A DNA stretch of 64,000 nucleotides from Longimicrobiales bacterium (GTDB lineage Bacteria; Gemmatimonadota; Gemmatimonadetes; Longimicrobiales; Gaopeijiaceae): NCBI GenBank assembly GCA_965238005.1, contig OZ250165.1, forward strand, positions 3,936,001-4,000,000, read 5' to 3'. Every line of letters starts with the position of its first letter. Position 1 is the stretch's first letter. Below are positions 28,595-37,807 of this stretch, one piece after another. The notes beneath the pieces are model-generated. The model was not told the DNA's origin. It saw only the letters and a program-made list of their open reading frames with translations, and did no database searches. A program made the translations under genes and the position numbers.

Positions 28595-29152
28595 CAGGCG
28601 GAGGAACTCGTCCCGGGTCCTCTGATCCGCGAGGAACGAACCGCGCATGGCCGAGGTGATCGTCTTCGAGTTCTGCTTCTGGACCCCCCGCATCATCATG
28701 CACAAGTGATACGCCTCTACGACCACCCCGGCGCCTTCGGGTTCCACCAGCTCCCAGAGCACCTGAGCGATCTGCTCTGTCAAGCGCTCCTGCACCTGAA
28801 GGCGGCGGGCGAAGACCTCGACCAAGCGAGCCGTCTTGGACAACCCGATGATCTTTCCGTTCGGAATATACGCGACGTGCACCTTCCCGAAAAAAGGCAG
28901 GAGATGATGCTCGCAGAGCGAGTACATCTCGATATCCTTCACCATCACCATGTTCCGGTGACAGTCTTCGAAGATGGCGCCGTTGATCACGTCCTCCGGT
29001 GTCATCCGGTACCCGCGGGTGAGGAAGGTCATGGACTTCGAGACCCTCTCCGGGGTTTGCTTCAGCCCCTGACGGTCGGGGTCATCGCCGAGGCGACGGA
29101 TCATCTCGGCTACCAGGTCCTCGAACGAGGCTCCCGAAAGCTCACTACTCAC
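28565..29152 (-). CDS. folE: GTP cyclohydrolase I
   Basis: [31 protein letters not shown]. Confidence 0.96.
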   Translation of the reverse strand: MSSELSGASFEDLVAEMIRRLGDDPDRQGLKQTPERVSKSMTFLTRGYRMTPEDVINGAIFEDCHRNMVMVKDIEMYSLCEHHLLPFFGKVHVAYIPNGKIIGLSKTARLVEVFARRLQVQERLTEQIAQVLWELVEPEGAGVVVEAYHLCMMMRGVQKQNSKTITSAMRGSFLADQRTRDEFLRLCVTDHSPLS

Positions 29153-29561
29153 CGGTGTACTCCACGTAGCTTCGGGGGGTCTCCCAAAGCGTCAGCTTGC
29201 TGAGCTTCACTTCGTTGGGCAGGCCGTCAGCGAGACGGCTCCAGATCGCGACGACCATGTTCTCGGCGGAGGGGATGAGCCCCGCCAGCCAGGGTACATC
29301 GAGGTTCACGTTCTGGTGATCGAGGTCCTGGATCACGCGTGACTCCACGAGCGACTTCAGATCCCTGAAGTCCATGACGAACCCGGTCTCCGGATCCAAT
29401 TCCCCCTCGACCGTCACGTGGAGCTCATAGTTGTGGCCGTGCCAGTTGGGGTTTGCGCACCCCCCGAACACCTCTTGGTTGCGCTCGTCGGTCCACTCTG
29501 GATTGAACACCCGATGCGCGGCGCTGAACTCGAGCTCCGTCGTGACTGTCACCCGGGGCAT
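29145..29561 (-). CDS. queD: 6-carboxytetrahydropterin / 6-pyruvoyl-tetrahydropterin synthase
   Basis: [34 protein letters not shown]. Confidence 0.92.
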   Translation of the reverse strand: MPRVTVTTELEFSAAHRVFNPEWTDERNQEVFGGCANPNWHGHNYELHVTVEGELDPETGFVMDFRDLKSLVESRVIQDLDHQNVNLDVPWLAGLIPSAENMVVAIWSRLADGLPNEVKLSKLTLWETPRSYVEYTGE

Positions 29562-29611
29562 GGACTCCTCGTCGGCGATTCAAGTCGTACTCGGTGGACT
29601 CGGCGGGCAAC

Positions 29612-29648
29612 CTAGCATCCTGTTGCCAATGTGTCTCGGCCAGTCGAG
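29612..29648. mobile_element. Inverted 37-bp fragment of the MITE right end
   Basis: CTAGCATCCTGTTGCCAATGTGTCTCGGCCAGTCGAG versus the reverse complement of the copy-1 end CTAGTGTCCCGTTACCAAAGTGTCTCGGCCAGTCGAG. Confidence 0.75.
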
Positions 29649-29676
29649 CTACCCTCGTCCCAGGCTTTGGTTCGAG

Positions 29677-29854
29677 TGTTCGGTTTCCGAAGTTCCCGAG
29701 CCACCGAGCGGGTCGGGGCGCCGTGGGATCAAGGCGGGACGACGCGGCGTAGCGCAAGCGGGCACCGCGCGAAGCGTGGTCGCAAGGAGTCCCAACGCTG
29801 AGCCCACGGATGCACCGTGCCCTCGACTGGCCGAGACACTTTGGTAACGAGACA
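29677..29854. mobile_element. 178-bp MITE copy 2
   Basis: Same length and orientation as 17448-17625; flanks CGAG/CTGG look like decayed CTAG. Confidence 0.85.
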
Positions 29855-30041
29855 CTGGTAGGAGCCCGGGTGCGACCGTGCGTGCTGGTTCACCGAAGCG
29901 GCCTCGTCCCACACCGTTCGTGTCGCCCCGCCGGTGTTGCGTGCCCGAGCGGTGGAAGGCGAAGCTAAAGAACCGGCCACAGCGGCGGAGGACCAAGGCA
30001 GCGAAGTGCGTGTGACCACACGTCAGCAGAGTGGGGCGACT

Positions 30042-30809
30042 ATGGGGAACGCAGATTCGAAGGGGAACGCAGATTCGAAGGTGGCGCTGGTGACAGGCGG
30101 TGCCCAACGCATCGGCGCCCAGCTGTGCCGAGCCCTCCACGAAGCCGGCTATGACGTTGCGCTGCAATACCGGAGCTCCGCCGACGCCGCCGGGGCTCTT
30201 GCCGCCGAGCTCAACGGTCTGAGGGATGGATCAGTGACGTGTTTCCACGCGACGCTGGGGGATCGTAGCGCCGCCGAAGAGTTGGCGGGCGAGGTCATCG
30301 ACCAATTCGGCGGCGTGAACCTGCTGGTCAACAATGCTTCGAGCTTCTACCCCACGCCCATCGGCAGCGTGCGCGAGGAGGACTGGAACTCGCTCGTCGG
30401 TAGCAACCTCAAGGGGCCGTTCTTTCTCAGCCAGGCGCTGGCGGATAGCCTCGGGCAAAATCGGGGAAGCATCGTCAATCTGATCGACATCTACGCTGAG
30501 AGGCCGCTGGCCGATCATTCCGTGTACAGCATGACCAAGGCCGGGCTAGCCATGTTGACCAAGTCCATGGCCCGAGATCTGGCGCCGGCGGTTCGCGTGA
30601 ACGGCATTTCCCCCGGGGTGATCCTGTGGCCCGAAAGCGATGCCGTGGAGGACAGCGAGGAGAGGAGGCGGCGCTTGCTGGAGCGGGTGCCGCTCGGGTC
30701 CCAAGGAGATCCTCGGGATATCGCGGAGGCGCTGCTGTTCCTAGCCGAGCGAGCCCCGTATGTCACGGGTCAGATCATCGCGGTCGACGGCGGTCGCAGC
30801 CTGACCTGA
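30042..30809 (+). CDS. folM: Pteridine/dihydromonapterin reductase (SDR)
   Basis: TGGAQRIG, NNASSFYPT, YSMTK, LAPAVRVNGISPG; N-terminal 18-bp duplication (GNADSK x2, 30044-30079). Confidence 0.85.
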   Translation: MGNADSKGNADSKVALVTGGAQRIGAQLCRALHEAGYDVALQYRSSADAAGALAAELNGLRDGSVTCFHATLGDRSAAEELAGEVIDQFGGVNLLVNNASSFYPTPIGSVREEDWNSLVGSNLKGPFFLSQALADSLGQNRGSIVNLIDIYAERPLADHSVYSMTKAGLAMLTKSMARDLAPAVRVNGISPGVILWPESDAVEDSEERRRRLLERVPLGSQGDPRDIAEALLFLAERAPYVTGQIIAVDGGRSLT

Positions 30810-30913
30810 CTGGACTTGGTCGTGCCGCCCGGCAAGGGGCAGATGGGGACCCGAGTACCTCTAGTGCGTTGGCCCTTCTGAGGCTTCCCTCAGCGTACGT
30901 ATCTTTTGATTTG

Positions 30914-31475
30914 CCGGCGCTCAGGCGGGCGCTCGAGTCCAGGGACCGTGGATGCCGCTTTCCGGGCTGTGGACTCCGCTTCACATGCTCATCACGTGAG
31001 GCACTGGGCCGACGGCGGTGAGACGAAGCTGGACAACCTCGTGTTACTGTGCCGTTTCCATCACCGTTTGGTGCACGAGGACGGGTACACGGTGCACTTC
31101 CCCCGGCGCCCACGGCCGAATTCCCCGGACCGGGCGCCGTACTCCCTAGAGGGGCAGCCCAACTCTCCGGACCGGCGGCCGAACTTCCTAGAGGGGCAGC
31201 CGAACTCCCTAGGCCAGAGGCTCTACTTCGTCGACCCGAGGATGAGGCCGATCCCAGATGCTCCGCCCCCTCCGCCGCCACTTCCGAGCGAGCCGGTCGA
31301 GGCGCTCGTAGAGCAGAACCGACTCCGGGGTGTCGAGCCCGTCTACGGCACCTGCTCGGCTCGCTACAAGCGCCAGGACGACATCCCCTCGGCCGTCTTC
31401 GTGCGGGCGTTCGAGGCTCTGGAGAGTTCGTCCGAAGCTCCCGAGCCCGCCGTGATGGGCCCCGCGACCCCCTGA
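30914..31475 (+). pseudogene. DUF222/HNH endonuclease C-terminal remnant
   Basis: PALRRALESRDRGCRFPGCGLRFT, frameshift near 30984, then AHHVRHWADGGETKLDNLVLLCRFHHRLVHE; no N-terminus. Confidence 0.8.
31116..31220 (+). repeat. 5 x 21-bp degenerate tandem repeat (heptapeptides)
   Basis: PNSPDRA PYSLEGQ PNSPDRR PNFLEGQ PNSLGQR. Confidence 0.75.
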
Positions 31476-31482
31476 ACCCCAT

Positions 31483-32001
31483 TCAGCTCCCCGCTCTGGA
31501 GATCCACACACCGTCCCAGATAAAGTCTACGGGCCACAACTTCTGTTTTCCCTTGTCGAAGCGCCGCCACAGATCGGCGTAGCTGCGCTGCGCCGTGGGG
31601 TGAATCTCGGCACCGGCAACCTCCGCCAGAGGACACAAGATAAAGGCGCTTTCGGTGATCTCCTTCCGAGGGAGCGAGACGCCATCGACCAAGCCCGTCG
31701 CGTCGGCATAGGTCAGCAGGTCCAGGTCCAGCGTGCGAGGGCTGAACCGCGGAGTGTCGCGGTTTCGCCCCCGGTCGTCCTCGATCTTCCGCAAGGTTTC
31801 AGCCAGCTCACCGACCGTCTGCCCGGTATCCACCCCCACCACCAGGTTGTAGAAGGGGTCGCCCTCGAATCCTACCGATTCGCCCTCGAAGACGGAGGAC
31901 AAACGGAGCTTTCCGTAGGCGGCGGACAGGGCGTCCAGGGAGGCCGTCACGTTGCGCTCGCGATGGATATTGCTGCCTACGCTGATATACGCACGGGCCA
32001 C
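31483..32001 (-). CDS. folK: HPPK
   Basis: YISVGSN, FYNLV, PRTLDLDLL. Confidence 0.93.
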   Translation of the reverse strand: MARAYISVGSNIHRERNVTASLDALSAAYGKLRLSSVFEGESVGFEGDPFYNLVVGVDTGQTVGELAETLRKIEDDRGRNRDTPRFSPRTLDLDLLTYADATGLVDGVSLPRKEITESAFILCPLAEVAGAEIHPTAQRSYADLWRRFDKGKQKLWPVDFIWDGVWISRAGS

Positions 32002-32358
32002 CTAGGTGCGCTCTCCCCGCTCGATGACGACGCCCACGTCGGTCGCTCCAGTGACCGCACCGGGCTTACTCACTCGCAGGCGCAGCCAGGTCACGCCGAA
32101 CTCCTCGCGTATGATGTCCGAGATTCTCTCAGCCATCGTCTCCACCAGCAGAAACTCGGTCCCTTCGACGAAGGCGATGAGCCGCTTGGCCACCCCCTTA
32201 TAGTCTATCGTGTCCGCAATATCGTCGCTGTCGGCCGCCCTACGGATATCGGTGGCCATCTCGAGATCGAGACTCACGGTCTGCCGAGCCTCGCGCTCCC
32301 AGTCGTTGATCCCGATGATGGTGTCGATTGTCAGGTCACGGATGTACACAATGTCCAT
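32002..32358 (-). CDS. folB: Dihydroneopterin aldolase
   Basis: IIGINDWERE..Q, TIDY, LVET.AE, SKPGA; AGGAGG RBS before ATG 32358. Confidence 0.94.
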   Translation of the reverse strand: MDIVYIRDLTIDTIIGINDWEREARQTVSLDLEMATDIRRAADSDDIADTIDYKGVAKRLIAFVEGTEFLLVETMAERISDIIREEFGVTWLRLRVSKPGAVTGATDVGVVIERGERT

Positions 32359-32516
32359 ATGGCCTCCTGGGCTAGTATGGTGTCCCAGGAGTGTCTCGGC
32401 CATTGATCTCGCTCCGCTCGATCGTCTCGCGGTCAACTCGGCGCTCACGGCGAGCATGAAGGTCTCTCGGCTCGAGCACCGATGCATCCGGTCCGGCGCC
32501 TCGGCACTCTCGGTGG

Positions 32517-32769
32517 ATCGCGACCATCTACCGCACCATCAAAGCACTACTGAGCGAAGGGTGGCTGCATCCCGTGGAGCTTCCTGGCGAGCCGCCTCGC
32601 TACGAGCGGGGCGGGCCGCCCCCACCACCATCACTTCATCTGTCGGGAGTGCGACCAGGCGTACGACGTGAAGGCATGCCCCGAGGACGCGGAGCGACTG
32701 GCGCCCGCCGGTTTCCTGGTGGAGGCCCACGAGCTGGTACTCTACGGCCGTTGCCCCGGATGCTGTTGA
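32517..32769 (+). pseudogene. Fur/Zur family repressor remnant (5'-truncated, +1 frameshift)
   Basis: IATIYRTIKALLSEGWL..PPRYER, extra G near 32610, then AGRPHHHHFICREC..HELVLYGRCPGCC*. Confidence 0.8.
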
Positions 32770-33980
32770 CCCATCGACCAAGCCCCGAGTCGTGGTCCCT
32801 CCTCCTCCGAGATGGGCCGTCCGTCCAGCTCCTCGATGGTTTTGATCGAGGGACCGCGGGTCCTTTGGATCCTGCGCGCCGCGGACTCGGCCTCTCTCCA
32901 TGCCCGCAGGACGTTGCCGCCCGCGAGCTTGGCCAGATCTTCCTCGCTCCACCCCCGGCGCGAGAGCTCGGCGAACAAAGCCGGGAAGGTCGACACGTCC
33001 TCCAGCCCCACCGGAGTGTCGGTTATCCCGTCGAAGTCCGACCCGATGCCCACATGGTCGACCCCTGCGACGTCACGGATGTGCTCGATGTGGTCCGCCA
33101 CGTCGCCTAACGTCGCCCTCGGCGCGTCTCCTGGCCCTTCGTACGTGCGCGTGGCCTCGGAGATGAACACGGGAACGAACGTGATCATGACGACCCCGCC
33201 GTTCTCGGGAAGCCTGCGCAGCACCTGATCCGGCACGTTCCGCCGGTGATCGGTCAGGGCCCGGGCCGACGAGTGGGAGTAGATGACCGGGGCCTCGGCC
33301 ATGTCCAGAACGTCGTTCATCGTCTCCGGTGATGTGTGGGAGAGATCCACGAGCATCCCCAGGCGGTTCATCTCACGGACGACCTCTCTCCCGAACTCGG
33401 TGAGGCCGCCGTGCTCCGGCTCATCGGTTCCGGAGTCCGCCCAGTCGTTGTTGCCGGAGTGGGTCAACGTCATATAGCGCGCACCCAGATCGAAGTAGGC
33501 CCGCAGCGCGCCCAGCGAATTCTCGATGGCGTGACCGCCCTCCATCCCCAGAACCGAGGCGACCTTCCCCTCGCCGTAGATCCGCTCCACGTCCGAGACC
33601 GAGTAACCCTGCTCGAACACATCGGGGTACTTCCGGATGACTTGCCGTGCGATGTCGATCTGCTCGAGCTGATACCGGGCCGCTCCCTCGTCCACCGACT
33701 CCATGGGGATGTAGACCGACCAGAACTGAGCCCCCACCATGCCGGCGCGCAGCCGCGCGATGTCCGTGTGACCCGAGGTCGTGCGGCGCAGGTCGTAGGC
33801 CGCCACGTCGAAGGGCGCGTCCTCGTCCTGTCGAATCGCCCACGGCAAGTCGTTGTGACCGTCGAAGAGCGGCATGGTGGCCAACACCCGCCGGGCCTTC
33901 TCCAAATGCTCGTCCTGAGCGTGGACGGCGGTCGCCGCCATCAGTCCTACCGAGAGGATCAACCACGTACGCTTCATCAT
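32742..33980 (-). CDS. Membrane dipeptidase (peptidase M19)
   Basis: DGHNDL, AQFWSVY, MEGGH, YMTLTH, VDLSH, YSHS, GIGSDFDG; signal peptide. Confidence 0.93.
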   Translation of the reverse strand: MMKRTWLILSVGLMAATAVHAQDEHLEKARRVLATMPLFDGHNDLPWAIRQDEDAPFDVAAYDLRRTTSGHTDIARLRAGMVGAQFWSVYIPMESVDEGAARYQLEQIDIARQVIRKYPDVFEQGYSVSDVERIYGEGKVASVLGMEGGHAIENSLGALRAYFDLGARYMTLTHSGNNDWADSGTDEPEHGGLTEFGREVVREMNRLGMLVDLSHTSPETMNDVLDMAEAPVIYSHSSARALTDHRRNVPDQVLRRLPENGGVVMITFVPVFISEATRTYEGPGDAPRATLGDVADHIEHIRDVAGVDHVGIGSDFDGITDTPVGLEDVSTFPALFAELSRRGWSEEDLAKLAGGNVLRAWREAESAARRIQRTRGPSIKTIEELDGRPISEEEGPRLGAWSMGQQHPGQRP

Positions 33981-34142
33981 CACTCGGCACCTCATTCTTC
34001 CAAGGGGAGACAATCGTTACGCCCCTCGGGAGGGCTTAGCAAGGGAGCGGGCGGGAAAGACAACCTGACCCATCGGGATCCACAGGATCTCATACTGCAG
34101 GAGGCCGTGCGGATCGCCACCGGCTGGCCGGAATCGCAGGGG

Positions 34143-35366
34143 TCAATCAGGCCCGAACAGCTCCGTGCTGTCGGGAGCCAGAGCGCGGAGGTACTGCTTG
34201 AGCGCGCTGTGTTCGCGACTGTCTATGTCCACGATGGAGATCGCCAGCTCGTACAAGTCCTGCTCGTGCTGGTGGGCGCGGATGACCCGCCCATGCGCGC
34301 TCACTTTCCGGCTGTGGTCGGGAAGTATCAGCGTAAACTCTACGAGGGCGTTCACAGGTACGGGGCGATCTACGGTGACGCGTAGGCTGCTCTCGCTGAT
34401 GTCCAGCGTGGAAAACGGCCGGCTTTCTTCCTCGAAGACCCGGTATTCACCCTCAAAGACGGCATTGATCCGCCGGTGCGCCCGACGATTGGAGCCATAG
34501 AGTTGGACCTGGTTCTTGCCGCGGGCCTTGGCGACATACATGGCCCGGTCCGCGCACCGAATGAGGTCATCGGTAGTCACGGCATCGAGGGGATAGTTCG
34601 CGACTCCAAAGCTCATCGTGACTCGGTGCATGGGGTCGTCGGCCGACAACTCGAGGTCGCCGATGGCTTCACATACCCGATCGGCAACCCCTGCTGCATC
34701 GTCCTTGGATGTTTCGGGCATGATGAGCACGAACTCCTCACCTCCGTAACGCGCCGTAACGTCTTCTTCCCTGGCGGCCTCTACCAGCGTGCGCGCAACG
34801 ACTCGGAGCGTCGCGTTTCCTTGGGTGTGGCCGAACCGGTCGTTGTAGTCCTTGAAGTTGTCGATGTCGCCCATGGCGATCGAGAAGGATCCACCGTGTC
34901 TTTCGCAGCGGTGCACCTCCCAACCCAGATATTCCTGGAAGAAGCGAAAGTTGTGGAGACCGGTGAGGTCGTCTCTGTACGCCGAGGCCTCGGTCTCCTC
35001 GAAGACCTTGAGCTCGATCAGCTTCGGATTCTGGAGCTGACGGTTCACCTGCACGAAGTAGCTTACGAGCGCTACGGATACATCGACCTCGGACTCGAGT
35101 GCCTCCTCCATGGCTTCCCGATGGCCGATCACCGCGCGCCAGTGCCGTTCCGCCTCCCCCTCCTCGAAACGTATGTGTGAGAGCAGGTAGAGCAGCTCGG
35201 AGTACACTAACGCTCCCTCGCTCTGAGCGAGAGCCTCGAGCTCGGCTACCAGACGGTCGAGTCCGAGATCGTCGCGGTAGAGAAGGGCGTAGATAGCTTC
35301 TGTGACTTCCGGACGCCATGGAACGATGTCGGCGTCCGGAGGTGGGTCGGCTGGGTCGATTGACAT
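34143..35366 (-). CDS. Diguanylate cyclase (GGEEF) with C-terminal PilZ domain
   Basis: DDLTGLHN, DIDNFK, REED I-site, RYGGEEF; then RRAHRR..DISESSL PilZ-like motif. Confidence 0.88.
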   Translation of the reverse strand: MSIDPADPPPDADIVPWRPEVTEAIYALLYRDDLGLDRLVAELEALAQSEGALVYSELLYLLSHIRFEEGEAERHWRAVIGHREAMEEALESEVDVSVALVSYFVQVNRQLQNPKLIELKVFEETEASAYRDDLTGLHNFRFFQEYLGWEVHRCERHGGSFSIAMGDIDNFKDYNDRFGHTQGNATLRVVARTLVEAAREEDVTARYGGEEFVLIMPETSKDDAAGVADRVCEAIGDLELSADDPMHRVTMSFGVANYPLDAVTTDDLIRCADRAMYVAKARGKNQVQLYGSNRRAHRRINAVFEGEYRVFEEESRPFSTLDISESSLRVTVDRPVPVNALVEFTLILPDHSRKVSAHGRVIRAHQHEQDLYELAISIVDIDSREHSALKQYLRALAPDSTELFGPD

Positions 35367-35446
35367 CCACGCTCCGAGAAACGATGGGTCCAGCAAGATG
35401 AACTACGAGAGGGCCCTTGGCAAAGCCTTCGGCCACCGACGGGTAG

Positions 35447-37060
35447 TCAGTTCGACCCGCCGGCCTCGTCGGATATGGGACGGCTCGGAGGATAGTCCAC
35501 GCCCAACTGCTCCAGATACGTATCGTACTTCTCGGGATCGTAGCGGAGCTTCTCGAGCATGGGGCGGAAGCGCTCCATCTTCTCCGCGTTGAGGAACGTG
35601 GGAGGCGCCGTCCCCTCGGGGATCAGGGACTCCCACTGGTAGTCCTTGGTAGTCACCTCCCGGTGGTAGGTCCAAGCCTCCTCCACCAGATCCGGATCGT
35701 TGGCGAGCTCCACGGCGGTCATGGCGATGACCCGGGCGCCGTAGTTGGCCCCTTGATGCGCGATGGGAGTCGCCATTGCGATGCCACTGGACCAGTGATG
35801 CCCTGTCATGCCCGGGATGTTGCCGGGGTAGCGGAGGCGGATGGTCGGTAGATTCCAGGAGAGCTCTGCGATGTCATCGCTCCCTCCGCCCATACCCTGG
35901 TCCGACTCCTCGAGCTCCTCTTTCACCTCGGTGGGGAGGCCGTCCCTCTCGTCCGCCTCCATCATCCGCTGAGCCGCCTTGGCCAGGGCCTGGTCCCCGT
36001 CGCTCCACTCCGGCATCCCCACCGCCACCAGGTTCGCGTGCATCCGCTCGGCCAGAGGCTTGCTCATGTTCGACGGCCAGGCGGCGCCCAGGACCCGCTC
36101 GGTCACCTCGGTGTTGGTCATGAGCGCGGCACCCTCTGCCATCTTCTGACCGATCTCATGAAGATCCTTGATGCGGGAGTAGTCGAGCTCCCGGAAGTAG
36201 TACCAGACAGAGGCCTCGGACGGGACTACGTTGGGCTGATTGCCACCGTTGGAGATGATGTAGTGTGAGCGCTGTTGAAGCCTCAGGTGCTCTCTCCGGA
36301 AGTTCCAGCCCACGTTCATGAGCTCCACGGCGTCGAGGGCGCTGCGGCCCGCCCACGGCGAGCCCGCTCCGTGGGCTGACTGGCCGTGGAAGGTGAACAT
36401 GGTCGAGACCAGTCCCGAGCCCGAGATGCCCCAGGCGGTGGTGAAGTTCCGGCTGATGTGTGACGAGAGCATTACGTCCATGTCCCCGAACAGACCGCTG
36501 TTCACCATTTACGTTCGGCTCGACACCAGCTCTTCTGCCACCCCCGGAATCACCTTGAGGGTGCCGGTGAGCCCGTGCTTCTCCATCACCCTCTTGGCGG
36601 CGATGACGCCCACGACGTCCACGGCCGCCGCGCTGTTGTGGCCCTCACCATGGCCCGGCCCGCCCTCGATGAGCGGGTCGTGGTACGGAACACCGGGCCT
36701 CTGCGAGGTCTCGGGAAGGCCATCGATGTCACCCATGAAGCCGATGACCGGGTGACCGCTTCCCCACGACGCCACATAACACGTGGGCATGTCGGAGCAG
36801 CCCGTCTCGATGGTAAAACCCTCCGCCTCCAGGATTCCAGTGATGTACTCCATGGTCCAGAATTCCTGGAATCCGAGCTCCGAGAAGGAGAAGATCATGT
36901 CCACCATCTCCTGGGAGAGCTTCTCCATGGAGATGACCTCCTTGAGCGCCTCGTCCTTCAGGTCGTCGGTGGACTGGCCGGCCGACGGAGCAGGGAGAAG
37001 GGTGAGGGTGAGGGTGAGGCAGATGGAGACAGCGGGGAGGGGACCGTCTAGGCGTGCCAT
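35447..37060 (-). pseudogene. AbgB-like M20 amidohydrolase with in-frame TAA at 36509-36511
   Basis: Two abutting same-frame ORFs: ..GHGEGHN..GVAEELVSSRT*MVNSGLF..GQSAH..GRSALDAVELM..GGSDD. Confidence 0.85.
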
Positions 37061-37148
37061 CGAATTTCTCCTTGAGCGTCATATCAAGTAAGAACGGCCA
37101 ATATCGACGGCAACACAGTGCGACGGCAAGACGCCGGGGCGCCACTCG

Positions 37149-37217
37149 CCTGGGTGGGGCCCCGTGATGTACCTGGGTGGGGCCCCGTGATGTACCTGGG
37201 TGGGGCCCCGTGATGTA
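37149..37217. repeat. 3 x 23-bp perfect tandem repeat (VNTR)
   Basis: CCTGGGTGGGGCCCCGTGATGTA x3, no spacers, intergenic. Confidence 0.92.
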
Positions 37218-37246
37218 CTACTGGGCCGACCGGTCGTCGCTCTGGC

Positions 37247-37789
37247 CTAGACCTCGGTGGTGGGAGCACCCCTGAGGAGAGCCATGCCAAGCCCTCCGGC
37301 GAGACCGATCATGAGGCCGATCACGCCCCAACCGGCGCCGCTCATGGAGCGCTCGATGATCATCTCGTCGGCCCGGGCCGGAGACGCCTCCGCCTCATCA
37401 TGCCCGGCGGCCTCTTCACGGCTGTGCTCGGCCACCGCCGGCGCCGAGGCAGCCAGGACCGTGATGTCCAGGGCGGTTGCCCGCTCGCCACTGGGCTCAT
37501 AGGCGACCACCTGGTAAGCGCCGGGCCGGGCGTCGGCGGGAATCTCGAGGTCGATGGTGAAGCCACCCTCGTCGTTGGCCGTCGCCTCACCGAGCGGATG
37601 CTCGTCGAACACGCCCACGAGGACCAACGACACGGTCATGCCATCCTGGAAGTCCGCACCCACGAGCGGAAGGACCTGACCGGCCTCCACCGACTCCAGC
37701 GCACTCTTCAGAACGGCTCCGTGAACCGCAGCCATCAGGACTGCGACCAAGGCCAGCGACCCTACGTTACCGACGATGCGTGCAGACAT
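37247..37789 (-). CDS. Exported beta-rich protein with C-terminal TM anchor
   Basis: Signal peptide followed by VHGAVLK; PGAYQVVA; C-terminal WGVIGLMIGLAGGLG. Confidence 0.75.
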   Translation of the reverse strand: MSARIVGNVGSLALVAVLMAAVHGAVLKSALESVEAGQVLPLVGADFQDGMTVSLVLVGVFDEHPLGEATANDEGGFTIDLEIPADARPGAYQVVAYEPSGERATALDITVLAASAPAVAEHSREEAAGHDEAEASPARADEMIIERSMSGAGWGVIGLMIGLAGGLGMALLRGAPTTEV

Positions 37790-37807
37790 GTCCTACTCCC
37801 TCCTCCA

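Noticed and set aside
4988..37060. Genome-wide TAG/TAA-to-Tyr reassignment or pyrrolysine to explain two in-frame stops
   Set aside because: TAG and TAA end conserved genes at the expected C-termini here (fumC, folE, mlaD, cutA), Tyr is otherwise TAC/TAT, and no pyl genes are visible.
37149..37217. CRISPR array
   Set aside because: Units are contiguous with no spacers, and there are no cas genes. The 26-bp repeat at 28517 has only 7-nt linkers.
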